Shown here in pieces: positions 1 through 8,954 of a stretch of 51,690 bases of DNA (positions are counted from its first letter, which is position 1; every line of letters begins with the position of its first letter). The stretch lies in assembly GCA_964229335.1 (NCBI GenBank), contig CAXRCZ010000005.1:1-51690 (forward strand), written 5' to 3'. Position numbers and translations under genes: made by a program. This DNA comes from Minisyncoccia bacterium (GTDB lineage: Bacteria > Patescibacteriota > Minisyncoccia > Phycocordibacterales > UBA918). The notes beneath the pieces were generated by a model. That model did no database searches. It was not told the origin of the DNA and saw only the letters and a program-made list of their open reading frames with translations.

Positions 1-49
1 TCGGCCCTCGGGCGGATTTTTCGCACTATTGTCTCTATTTAACGAGTGG

Positions 50-2479
50 TTAGTTAAGAACCGGTTTTGACTCGCTTCCCTCACACACAGTGTTGTTTAC
101 CATCCAACGAGTGAATAGGTAGACGTAGCCAGTAGCTGAGAAGTCTTCTTCTGCCAAACCAGCATCAACCCATGGTTGAAGAATTTCGTCGTAATGCTCA
201 GTTTGGTACGCTTTCACTACTTCCTCCAGAGCTTCATTAAAGACTCCGATGGTACCAACATTGAAGTGTCCTTGTCCCATCATGAAGGCTTGTAGCTTGG
301 TTACTTCCCATGAATCATTTTCTAACCACATGGCAAGATAATCTTTTAGGAGAGTAGCACCGTAGCTGTTGACTCCACATTGACCAAAAGTAGAGGCACC
401 AAGTACTTGTGGGGTAGGACCATCATCATTGCTAGAACTACTTCCTCCACCGCCACCACCGCTGGTTCGAGTACCTCCACTATTGCTAGTTGAAACTTCA
501 CTACCAAGGGTGACAAACGTTGTAAAGTGCATTGTCCAGACAACAAGGTCTCCATCAACATCGATTTTACAATCAGCCCCAGCGCCGAGAGTTGGATTAG
601 TTTCACTGTCACAAGTTTCAGTAATTTCTACGAATGAGCCGTCTCGGATAAAGCCGATTCTGTTCCCTGCCTCATCTTCGAACGCAATTTTTACCGGCTG
701 ATTAAAGGTAAGGGTACCGTCTTCATATCCAAGTTCGATTGCGGTGACCACCTCGTACGTTTCGCCATTTTCTAGTTCAATTTCCGCAAGTGTCACTGAG
801 TAATATTTGATTATACCGTCCCAGCCAGCTGGACCAGTTATCTCTGTGCCTGCAGTGATTGTCACTTCGACATTACTTCCATTATCGTCGACGCTGACTA
901 CTGTATCTTCATCAATGGTGCCGGTTTTTGTTCCATCAGGATTTTCAGTGGTAGCAACGTAAATTACTAGCTCATCATCAGAACAACTTTCACTGCCACA
1001 CCAAGGAGCAAAATCAATGTTTTCTCCTACGAGATCGCCCGACCCAGGACCTTCACCAGAAGGACCTGTTTCACTACCCCACCAGTTTTGAGTAGCATCG
1101 ATAGTAACTGAATCTAGAGCGCTGTCTACAGCAAGTCCTAGAACGTTTTGAAAAAAACTATTTTCATTAATCGTGACTCCAGTTAATGCTGTCGTACCTC
1201 GATCCATGATGTAGATAGAATAATCACTTCCATCAGCAATAGTATTGTTTGTGATATTCACATTTTCTACAGTTGATCCTAGATTGATTCCCGCCGACCA
1301 TTCAGGAAAGCCTTCGCTTGTTCCATTTCTTAGAATTTCGTTATTTGTGATTGTAATGTCATGTGTTGCACCAGTATTTCCTGTATTGATTGCCAGACTA
1401 GAGTATCGAATGTCTGTATAGGTATTACCAGTGATAGTTGCATCAGAAAGCGCGTTAAAGAATGAACCATAACTCAATTCGGTGAATGAGTTACCTTCAA
1501 CTAGTACATTTTCTCCGCCGGCTCCAGCGTTTGATTCAATACCAGTTCGACCTGTACCTTCGCCGAGGAAGGCATTGTTACGAATAGTCAATGGTTCGGC
1601 TTCACTACCACTTACATTGCGAATTTTAATTAAGGCGTTTTGACCTGTCGTCACTCCGGTGCCGTGCATCAGAGTAAACCCTTCAATAACAGAGCTATCT
1701 GATCCAGTTGTAAGATTGATTAGTTGTTCGACGGCTGGAGTACCAGTATAGGTCAATGTTGTGGTTTCACTACCAGCTCCAACCAGATTTAGCTGCTTAT
1801 TGATTGTCACAGCTTCATCATAAGACCCTGACCCAACTGAAACTGTGTCCCCATCATCTGTGTCACAGTCATCAATAGCGTCTTGAATCGTATCGAACTG
1901 CTCTCCAGTATCAGTGTTCGTTATAGGACCTGAGTCCACTGAATTATCGTCTCCATCACAAGTATCGAGAGAACTTTCAGGAGTTTCTTCCGGTGTTTCC
2001 TCAGGAGTCTCTTCTCCTTCTTCAGCTTCCACTACTGTGATTTCTATCGTTTCTGCATCTCCAATTTGACTTCCAGTACCATCGAGAAGTGCTACAGATA
2101 CAGTGTATGTGCCTGTACTAGGAGCTGAAAAACAAACTCCTTTTTCTTGGTCTATTGAAAATTGAGCAGTCTTATAGTCAGCGTCGCTATTACACTCACC
2201 ATTTACAGTACCGTTATAGATTGACCCTATACCATCGTTATCGAACACCATAATCTCTGTGTCTGGTGTCGTAGTTCCATTCTCAGTATCAGTAGTCACG
2301 GTCACCACGAAGTTGACTTTGGTATCCACTTCGGTAGTAAGAGTACTGTCATTAAGGGTTATACCAGTACTTTCCGCATGCAGAATGGCTGGCACTACCG
2401 CTACCGCCACCCCTACAAAAAGAATCATGAATTCCCGTAGACTGTAGCTTTTTAGGTAGTTAATAATTGAATTAATCAT
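50..2479 (-). CDS. Large secreted/surface protein: parallel beta-helix repeats, a ZU5-like HFT region, G/S linker, QVLGA motif and C-terminal peptidoglycan-binding-like domain
   Basis: Signal-like N-terminus (ILFVGVAVAVVPAILHA); TIQDAID and repeated ITGNT/ITNNE/ITNNT beta-helix motifs; DATQNWWGS..GP; EVTKLQAFM..G.F...LEEVVKAYQ typical of PG_binding_1; EETP x3 near 1980-2015. Start uncertain (ORF track starts at 2539). Confidence 0.75.
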   Translation of the reverse strand: MINSIINYLKSYSLREFMILFVGVAVAVVPAILHAESTGITLNDSTLTTEVDTKVNFVVTVTTDTENGTTTPDTEIMVFDNDGIGSIYNGTVNGECNSDADYKTAQFSIDQEKGVCFSAPSTGTYTVSVALLDGTGSQIGDAETIEITVVEAEEGEETPEETPEETPESSLDTCDGDDNSVDSGPITNTDTGEQFDTIQDAIDDCDTDDGDTVSVGSGSYDEAVTINKQLNLVGAGSETTTLTYTGTPAVEQLINLTTGSDSSVIEGFTLMHGTGVTTGQNALIKIRNVSGSEAEPLTIRNNAFLGEGTGRTGIESNAGAGGENVLVEGNSFTELSYGSFFNALSDATITGNTYTDIRYSSLAINTGNTGATHDITITNNEILRNGTSEGFPEWSAGINLGSTVENVNITNNTIADGSDYSIYIMDRGTTALTGVTINENSFFQNVLGLAVDSALDSVTIDATQNWWGSETGPSGEGPGSGDLVGENIDFAPWCGSESCSDDELVIYVATTENPDGTKTGTIDEDTVVSVDDNGSNVEVTITAGTEITGPAGWDGIIKYYSVTLAEIELENGETYEVVTAIELGYEDGTLTFNQPVKIAFEDEAGNRIGFIRDGSFVEITETCDSETNPTLGAGADCKIDVDGDLVVWTMHFTTFVTLGSEVSTSNSGGTRTSGGGGGGSSSSNDDGPTPQVLGASTFGQCGVNSYGATLLKDYLAMWLENDSWEVTKLQAFMMGQGHFNVGTIGVFNEALEEVVKAYQTEHYDEILQPWVDAGLAEEDFSATGYVYLFTRWMVNNTVCEGSESKPVLN

Positions 2480-2636
2480 AAATATTTTATTAATACGTTT
2501 GTAAATTACCTCCAGAGAATATCTCTTTGTTCTTACCATACGCCTATTCTAGGGAATGGCAAGTTTGTACAATTTAAAATTTGTTTTGTAATTGAGTATA
2601 AAAATAACGCCAATACTCTGATATACTTATCTCTAT

Positions 2637-3170
2637 ATGAATAAAAAATACTTACTGCTACTAGCAGTTGCTGTTTTCACTACAGTTATTACTAATCCTG
2701 AAAACGTTGAGGCAGCGGCGGCTAAACTTTCTGACAATACTGGCCTCTATACTATTAATTTTGAATTTCAGGCTGGTACCGAACCATACAGAATTCCGGT
2801 AGGAGCTATGAATGGGCTGACATATGGAGACGAAAGTAGTTATATTGGATACCGTATCGGGGATGACAAACGGCTACCTGCTGGAGTAGTTAGTAACGGA
2901 GTGGTGCTAAGTACCCTACCAATAGTAGATGGATATTATGAACTAGCAGCAGGAGAACGTGGTCAGTTCACGCTATTAACTCTTGTTACGGTACCTGAAG
3001 AACCAACCATGTATATTTACCGTACCCACATGACCCATCTTCCCTACTTACGCGGTGAAGAACGTCGGGAAGTAAATAAAAGCACTCTCAAACAGCTGGT
3101 CAGCCAATCACTGATATTAAATCAGGAAATTAAAGGAGACGGATATACGCTAAAAGTAAACGCAAAATAG
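2637..3170 (+). CDS. Hypothetical secreted protein
   Basis: 177-aa ORF with signal peptide (MNKKYLLLLAVAVF...VEA), extended -10 TGaTATACT at 2619-2627 and a terminator after it. Confidence 0.7.
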   Translation: MNKKYLLLLAVAVFTTVITNPENVEAAAAKLSDNTGLYTINFEFQAGTEPYRIPVGAMNGLTYGDESSYIGYRIGDDKRLPAGVVSNGVVLSTLPIVDGYYELAAGERGQFTLLTLVTVPEEPTMYIYRTHMTHLPYLRGEERREVNKSTLKQLVSQSLILNQEIKGDGYTLKVNAK

Positions 3171-3185
3171 CCTCATGTCTCCAAT

Positions 3186-3217
3186 AAAAGCCCTGCCAGC
3201 TCGCTGTCAGGGCTTTT
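3186..3217 (+). terminator. Intrinsic terminator
   Basis: aaaagccctg...cagggctttt hairpin with T-tract after the 3170 stop. Confidence 0.75.
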
Positions 3218-3251
3218 AAAAACCTAAATAATATGTTCTAATCACCGCACA

Positions 3252-3959
3252 ATGAAACCAGTTCGGATTAACAAATACTTAGCTGACCAAGGAATCGCTT
3301 CTCGCCGCGAGGCGGATCAACTTATTGTCAGCAAAAAAGTTAAGGTTAACGGTAAGTTAGCTGAAATTGGCCAACAAATTACTGAATCAGATCGTGTCGA
3401 AGTGATCGGTAATACCAAGAAAAAGACCTATCTTGCATACTACAAAGGCCGCGGAATTATCACTCACTCCCCCTCTGAAGGAGAAACTGATATAGCAGCT
3501 CGCCTAAAACAGGACTACAGTATTACAGACGTGTCCCCCGTCGGACGTTTGGATAAAGACTCTGAAGGATTAATGATTCTTAGTAACGATGGTCGCATTA
3601 CTGCTCCCCTCCTTGATCCAGAAAGCCAGACCGAAAAAGAGTACCAGGTACTAGTCGATAAGCCGTTATCTGGTATGGCGGCACGACTTTTTGAGAATGG
3701 CATCGATATCGAGGGGTATAAAACAAAACCAGCTAAAGCAATAGTCGCAAAGAAGAACCCCAAACGCTTCAATATCATCCTCACCGAAGGTAAAAAACAC
3801 CAAATTCGCCGCATGTGTGCGGCTGCTGGCTACCAAGTCCAGTCGCTTAAGCGAGTCAGAGTTGGCTCTATCAAGCTTGGTTCACTAAAACCCAACCAAT
3901 ACCGCAAAATCAGCGGAGATGAGTTAAAAGCGTTTCTTAAAGAACTAAGTGTTAAATAA
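3252..3959 (+). CDS. rRNA pseudouridine synthase, RsuA/RluB/RluF family
   Basis: N-terminal S4 domain (RINKYLA..GIASRREAD), catalytic GRLDKDSEGL, EGKKHQIRRM. Confidence 0.95.
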   Translation: MKPVRINKYLADQGIASRREADQLIVSKKVKVNGKLAEIGQQITESDRVEVIGNTKKKTYLAYYKGRGIITHSPSEGETDIAARLKQDYSITDVSPVGRLDKDSEGLMILSNDGRITAPLLDPESQTEKEYQVLVDKPLSGMAARLFENGIDIEGYKTKPAKAIVAKKNPKRFNIILTEGKKHQIRRMCAAAGYQVQSLKRVRVGSIKLGSLKPNQYRKISGDELKAFLKELSVK

Positions 3960-3990
3960 AAAAGCCGCGAGCTGTACTCGCGGCTTTTTT
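3958..3990. terminator. Bidirectional intrinsic terminator
   Basis: aaaaaagccgcgag-ctgta-ctcgcggctttttt between convergent genes. Confidence 0.85.
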
Positions 3991-4000
3991 ATTTACAAAT

Positions 4001-5041
4001 TTAGATACTTAGCTCGACAGTACGGTTAATAAGTGCTTTTCGAGTTACCTCATCATATACGCCAGTTTCTGACACATCGACTTCGGCCTGTAGTGCTTCA
4101 ACTGCGCGTGCGGTAATCCCACCGTAGTAACCTGTCGGACCGGCCGCAGCCAACGCATTACGGGCAGCACCAGTATCGGTGTAGATAATATAAATTTGTA
4201 GTAGTGCTACCAATGGACTTTGGTCGCCATTGTCTAGTTCCGAACTAATTACCGCCGGAATTCTGGCCAGCAGTTCCTCCAGCTCTACCTCAGCCTTTTG
4301 TTCATCGAGTACTCCAGATTCTTCAAGAATATCGAGAATTGGGTCAGGTAAATCATATCCTCTACTTAGCGCTGTTCGTATATCAGATCCATACGTATCA
4401 ACCAAAAATTCGGCGTATTCATCCTCGTCTTCATCTACCTTGTCAAAGATGCCGTCAAGGAAAGAAATTTTTTCTTCAAGTGTAAAGCCATCAACTAATC
4501 TTTCATACGGATCGGTAGCATCATTGTCTTCATCGCGCACCTCAAAGTGCAAGTGATATACCCCATCTGGTGCATTACCAGTATCACCCACTGTTCCAAT
4601 AAGGTCACCAACATCTAATTTGTCACCACTCTCAATGTCGGCAATTGAATCGAGGTGCATGTACCGAAAGGTTTCGCCTCCAGGATTGGCTGTATACACG
4701 TATTTTCCAGCACTGGTACCTTCTCCGGTTCGAATAACTATCGCTTCTGTTGGCGACACAACTGGTGTTTTTTGAGCTGCTATAAAGTCTTGCCCTTCGT
4801 GGGAGCGGGTCCCGCCACCTCGCGGATCACCGAAGTCAGGATTCACGAGGTCGTACACTACTCCGAACAAGACAGGGATTGGTAGATTATCTACAATATC
4901 ATCATCAAGTTCATCTCTATCGATTGAACTTCTGCTCCAACCACCCCAATCATTATTGTCGTTGTGGCGGGCTAAACTTACTTGAGGAATTACTAATAAC
5001 GCAACTAAAAATACCGTACTTATTGTTTGAATTTTTTTCAT
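4001..5041 (-). CDS. Secreted M23 family metallopeptidase with C-terminal peptidoglycan-binding domain
   Basis: Signal peptide; HEGQD, YMHL, HLHFE zinc motifs; VALLQ...TGYYGGITARAV..LQ. Confidence 0.9.
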   Translation of the reverse strand: MKKIQTISTVFLVALLVIPQVSLARHNDNNDWGGWSRSSIDRDELDDDIVDNLPIPVLFGVVYDLVNPDFGDPRGGGTRSHEGQDFIAAQKTPVVSPTEAIVIRTGEGTSAGKYVYTANPGGETFRYMHLDSIADIESGDKLDVGDLIGTVGDTGNAPDGVYHLHFEVRDEDNDATDPYERLVDGFTLEEKISFLDGIFDKVDEDEDEYAEFLVDTYGSDIRTALSRGYDLPDPILDILEESGVLDEQKAEVELEELLARIPAVISSELDNGDQSPLVALLQIYIIYTDTGAARNALAAAGPTGYYGGITARAVEALQAEVDVSETGVYDEVTRKALINRTVELSI

Positions 5042-5098
5042 AGCTTAGTGCTCTTGATGACTCACTTCCCTGGGCTTTACTTACGAAAAAACTATCGC

Positions 5099-5170
5099 TT
5101 AGTTAGCAAGTAGTAAAAAACCCATTGTAATTAGCCCAGCAATACCGAGGAATGTTACTGCGTAGCGCAT
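5099..5170 (-). CDS. Candidate 23-aa hydrophobic small membrane peptide (MRYAVTFLGIAGLITMGFLLLAN)
   Basis: ATG at 5170, TAA at 5099-5101; starts 6 nt after the chaB stop; below the ORF-track size cutoff. Confidence 0.4.
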   Translation of the reverse strand: MRYAVTFLGIAGLITMGFLLLAN

Positions 5171-5176
5171 GCAGAC

Positions 5177-5413
5177 TTACTCTTTAGGGTGCCACTTCTC
5201 ATCATCTCCTTTTTCATACTTTTCCTTCACGGCACTCCAGGCTACTTGGTGAGCTACCGCTTCGCGTGAATCATCTCCGTCACGGTCTTCTGGATTTTTA
5301 TATTGCTCGTGCGCGCTATTATAGGCCTCTTTATAGATATCTTGGGCGTGAGGCACATCTTGCAGTGCATTCTGTACACTTTCTGGTAATTCTTCTCTTT
5401 TGTCGTATGGCAT
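5177..5413 (-). CDS. chaB: ChaB family protein
   Basis: MPY....LP.SV....P.HAQDIYKEAYNSA...Y....SREAVAHQVAWSAVK..Y.K....W. Confidence 0.92.
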   Translation of the reverse strand: MPYDKREELPESVQNALQDVPHAQDIYKEAYNSAHEQYKNPEDRDGDDSREAVAHQVAWSAVKEKYEKGDDEKWHPKE

Positions 5414-5494
5414 ATATTCACCGTAACATCGATTACTTATATTGACAAAAGTGATATTGAGGCGTACATACTATATCTGGAGGAGGATTGAGTC

Positions 5495-5716
5495 ATGGCT
5501 GACATATCCTTGAGCACAGTGACCAAAGTCCAAGTTGCTCTGTCCCAAAATGGCAGGCCAATGAATAAGCACATAATAGCCTGCGCTGTGGCAAATAATA
5601 TCTGTGAGCCAGGCACTACAGAACATGAAATCGAATTCTTCCTGACCTTGGGAGAGATTAGACAGTCAGGAACATTGAGTTCGATTCCTGGTATAACTCG
5701 CCATCACATGATATAG
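5495..5716 (+). CDS. Small orphan protein with its own promoter, SD and terminator
   Basis: TTGACA(5442)-17 nt-TACATA; GGAGGAGG SD; terminator at 5731-5756. Confidence 0.6.
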   Translation: MADISLSTVTKVQVALSQNGRPMNKHIIACAVANNICEPGTTEHEIEFFLTLGEIRQSGTLSSIPGITRHHMI

Positions 5717-5730
5717 AGCCAAGCCCTGAA

Positions 5731-5756
5731 GCCCCGGCATTAGCCGGGGCGTTTTT
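5731..5756 (+). terminator. Intrinsic terminator
   Basis: gccccggc-atta-gccggggc followed by gttttt. Confidence 0.75.
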
Positions 5757-6269
5757 CTATCTGGTTGAGTCCTGGATATATTCCCAAACATCGTTAAGAG
5801 CGAGCCATATATCGCTGTTGTCGTCGATGTTAGTTTGGCAAGAATCCAGCAAAAACTCTTCTCCCTCTAGAATAATGCGGTAACGAATATTAATATCGCT
5901 CGTTTGTGAAATACAGTTAGTAGTATCAAGGAGGATTGTCTGCGCTAGCAAATCATCTGACTGAATACCCCGCTGCAGCTGACGTCGGAGTGTAAATGGT
6001 AGCGTTCCTTCATCAATTGTTGATGGACTGGTCAAAGTTTCGTAATACAAATATCGGTAGGAGCCATCAAAGGCTACGCGAAACGACGGACAGGCTCCCT
6101 GACAACTCCCATAGGCTTCGCCAATGATAGTAAATTGCTCTTGCGTCTCAATATCCTCAACTCCTTGATTAGCAAACATCGGTGCGTAACCGTTGATATA
6201 GAGATAGATTCCTCCAATAAAACCAACGGTAAACGTAATCACCACACTAATCATCTCTTGCCCTTTCAT
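5757..6269 (-). CDS. Hypothetical membrane-anchored protein
   Basis: Likely start MKGQEMISVVITF (6269), followed by one TM helix and a Cys-containing external domain; the ORF-track extension overlaps the neighbouring gene. Confidence 0.7.
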   Translation of the reverse strand: MKGQEMISVVITFTVGFIGGIYLYINGYAPMFANQGVEDIETQEQFTIIGEAYGSCQGACPSFRVAFDGSYRYLYYETLTSPSTIDEGTLPFTLRRQLQRGIQSDDLLAQTILLDTTNCISQTSDINIRYRIILEGEEFLLDSCQTNIDDNSDIWLALNDVWEYIQDSTR

Positions 6270-6291
6270 TAAACCTAGTATAGCTGAAATT

Positions 6292-6324
6292 AAAAAAGCT
6301 GTGGGGGATTTCTCCCCCGACAGC
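6292..6324 (-). terminator. Intrinsic terminator of the 6325-6846 gene
   Basis: Minus strand gctgtcggggga-gaaa-tcccccacagc-ttttt. Confidence 0.75.
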
Positions 6325-6846
6325 CTATTGTTGTTCGTCGAGCAGCCTTTTGTGAATATAGTATGCTTCAACTTTTCTCGGATCTTTAGTGTGGTGCAAG
6401 AAATCCTCAATTGAGACCAACTGCGGTGATCTGACAGCTGGATCCGGATCATTATGCACAGCCATTGATCGAGATACACATGTGAACGTATGTCGAGTAC
6501 CTTTGCTACCATCGAGTTGAATCTTGGGTTCGAGGATTCCGACGGCTCCAGGACAAGCTTCACGAACTTTTTTCCAAGAACGAGAATTTTTCACCTCATT
6601 TTCAAAACCATCTACGGTTGTGTGTGTGGCTTCAAGTAGCCCCAAGTTGTGCAGTGCAGCAGTTGTTTCGTAGGCACACGCAAATTCTCCAGCGTAGATA
6701 ACCTCTTCAAAACCACGAGGAGTATCACGCTTAATGAAAAGTCGGCGGTACTCTCGAGAACCGACCCTGTCGTGCGCACGAGCAACAACTGACTGAGTCA
6801 ACGCGAGAGGACCATTCTCTTCAATTTCAAGTGCAATTTTACTCAT
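6325..6846 (-). CDS. Hypothetical protein, possibly NlpC/P60/CHAP-like papain-fold amidase
   Basis: Start MSKIAL with GGAGA SD; ACAYETTAAL...PGAVGI...RHTFTC...AVHN layout fits a Cys-His dyad. Confidence 0.55.
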   Translation of the reverse strand: MSKIALEIEENGPLALTQSVVARAHDRVGSREYRRLFIKRDTPRGFEEVIYAGEFACAYETTAALHNLGLLEATHTTVDGFENEVKNSRSWKKVREACPGAVGILEPKIQLDGSKGTRHTFTCVSRSMAVHNDPDPAVRSPQLVSIEDFLHHTKDPRKVEAYYIHKRLLDEQQ

Positions 6847-6912
6847 AAGAGTTCTCCCAAACCAATCTATATAAGATACTACATAAATTTTTGAATTTGT
6901 AAAAAGTGGTAT

Positions 6913-7479
6913 ATGTTTAATATACAAATGGAAAGCAAGCCACCTAAAAAAATTCTTGACCATATAGTAGAAATCAACGTCGCTCACTATGATTTTCTTA
7001 ATAGAGAAAAAGAAGGTTCGATACTGATTCATGAGCATGTGAAGGATGATGTCAAAGACTTCTTTAAACTGGCACTAGAACTGCGCTTTCCGATTCACTC
7101 AGTTATTCCAGTCCAAAATCCGATGTTTAATGGAAGTGATGAGTTATCATGCGAAGCAAATAACAGCTCTGGTTTTAACTACCGAACCATCATTGCTGGT
7201 TCAACCATCTCAAAACATTCAATCGGCTGTGCATTTGATATCAACCCTCAACAAAATCCTTACATCAGGTATCATAATGGAAAAGAAGTTTACACCATAC
7301 CTAAGCAAACAAACTACAATCCCTACCTACCCGGAACCCTAGTTTCTGACCATCCGCTGGTAATTTTTATGAAAGAAAAGGGTTGGACTTGGGGTGGTAA
7401 TTGGACTCCTGAATCGAACCGTGTTGATTATCAACATTTTGAAATAGTACCTCCAGAATTAAGTAATTTTTTGCAATAG
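6913..7479 (+). CDS. M15 family metallopeptidase (M15C-like; L-Ala-D-Glu or D,D-peptidase)
   Basis: FNYR, SKHSIGCAFDINP (SxHxxGxAxD), WGGNW...DYQHFE; start may be 6928. Confidence 0.9.
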   Translation: MFNIQMESKPPKKILDHIVEINVAHYDFLNREKEGSILIHEHVKDDVKDFFKLALELRFPIHSVIPVQNPMFNGSDELSCEANNSSGFNYRTIIAGSTISKHSIGCAFDINPQQNPYIRYHNGKEVYTIPKQTNYNPYLPGTLVSDHPLVIFMKEKGWTWGGNWTPESNRVDYQHFEIVPPELSNFLQ

Positions 7480-8265
7480 TAGCTGAACTACAAACAGCAG
7501 AATAGCTGTACCGATGATGAGACTACTTGGGGGCAAATCGATATACAGAGCCAAACCAAGGCCAAATACTACCGACAATACCGACACTGCTGTAGAAGCT
7601 ATGACTAGACCCTTGAATGAAGTAACCCATCGTCTAGCAGTCAGAACTGGAACTACAAGCAGCGCCCCAATTAACAGACCGCCAATAGTTTTGATACCAA
7701 CCCACACGACGATAGCTAGCAACCAAAAATAGAACAGTAAAACCAATTGCGGAGCGCGTCGATACGGCAATTGATAGCGCGGACTCTGAGTGACACCAAG
7801 TAATGGGTACCAGAGACCGATAACGACGACGATAGTAACTACGGCTGAAGCCAGAATTGCCCATAAGTCAGTTGTGTTCAAAGTAAGGATGCTACCAAAG
7901 AGGTAGTTTTCAAAAGCGAACGCGCTATCTCTCGCTAGGTGAACCAAGGCTAGAGCCAAAGCTAGTCCTCCGCTTAGGAAAAACATCGCCAACGCATCAG
8001 GGCTATAAATACTAGAATCCAAGAGCCGCCAAATAAGTGTGCTGACTACCATTAGCACTGGTAGCGCTCCCCACCACGGACTAGCGCCGAGAATGAGGGC
8101 GGCGCCAATACCTGCCAGAGCCACGTGCGCAAACATATCCGAGGCTATTGATTGCCTACTTTGCACCACAAAAGGACCTAGTATTCCAGCTAAAACCGCC
8201 ATCAAAATTCCTCCAATGAACGCATATTGTATAAAGCTGTAGCTGAGCAATTCCATACTTAACAA
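7459..8265 (-). CDS. znuB: Zn/Mn ABC transporter permease
   Basis: Multi-TM; HVALAG, YLFGSIL, GGLLIGALLVVP. Confidence 0.9.
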   Translation of the reverse strand: MLSMELLSYSFIQYAFIGGILMAVLAGILGPFVVQSRQSIASDMFAHVALAGIGAALILGASPWWGALPVLMVVSTLIWRLLDSSIYSPDALAMFFLSGGLALALALVHLARDSAFAFENYLFGSILTLNTTDLWAILASAVVTIVVVIGLWYPLLGVTQSPRYQLPYRRAPQLVLLFYFWLLAIVVWVGIKTIGGLLIGALLVVPVLTARRWVTSFKGLVIASTAVSVLSVVFGLGLALYIDLPPSSLIIGTAILLFVVQLLLQKIT

Positions 8266-8954
8266 TGATGATGAACCTGCGCTTTAGTACTGCCATCTTT
8301 GGCCATAAAAACTGACGGATGACAGTCCGTATGCAAGGTTTTGTTAAGACATAGTACCTGGTCGCTGATTGGTAGTACGCTATCTACGTCATGTGATACC
8401 AGTAGCACGGTGATTTTGTGATCTTGCTGGAGATGCCTAATTAATTCGTACAGGTCTTCTCGAGAGTTATAATCTACCGCCGCCACTGGCTCGTCGAGTA
8501 CCAGGATAGTCGGGTCACCGAGAAGCGCTCGAGCGATAGCTACCCGCTGCCGCTCACCGCCAGAGAGGCTGGCGTAGGTCTGGTGTAATTTTTCGGCCGA
8601 CACACCAACGTGCTCTAGGGCTTCTTCTAGGTCTGTCTGGGTTCGTTTTTTGCTATAGAGCGGTGTGGTAGCAATCGAAATATACTCCTTGACCGAAATC
8701 GGTAGCTGATACTGGTCATCGGTAGCAATTTGCGGAATATATTGAATTCTTTGGCCTTCCTTAATGGTAACTGACCCAGAATATTGATTATCTAGACCAA
8801 GAATAATTTTGACCAAAGTAGACTTACCAGCGCCGTTAGGCCCAATAATCGATACTAGCGATTGCTCTGTTATAGCGAAGCTAATATCAGACAAAAGTTG
8901 CCTCCCGGGGACAGCTTTTATAACATTTTGGACTGTAATAACCGAATTATTCAT
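8259..8954 (-). CDS. znuC: Zn/Mn ABC transporter ATPase
   Basis: GPNGAGKST, LSGGERQRV, LVLDEP, VSHD, C-terminal HHHC. Confidence 0.92.
   Translation of the reverse strand: MNNSVITVQNVIKAVPGRQLLSDISFAITEQSLVSIIGPNGAGKSTLVKIILGLDNQYSGSVTIKEGQRIQYIPQIATDDQYQLPISVKEYISIATTPLYSKKRTQTDLEEALEHVGVSAEKLHQTYASLSGGERQRVAIARALLGDPTILVLDEPVAAVDYNSREDLYELIRHLQQDHKITVLLVSHDVDSVLPISDQVLCLNKTLHTDCHPSVFMAKDGSTKAQVHHHC

Noticed and set aside
6270-7038. Long mutually overlapping ORF extensions (to 6563 and 7038)
   Set aside because: Internal ATGs at 6269 and 6846 give non-overlapping genes with sensible signals and a terminator between them.
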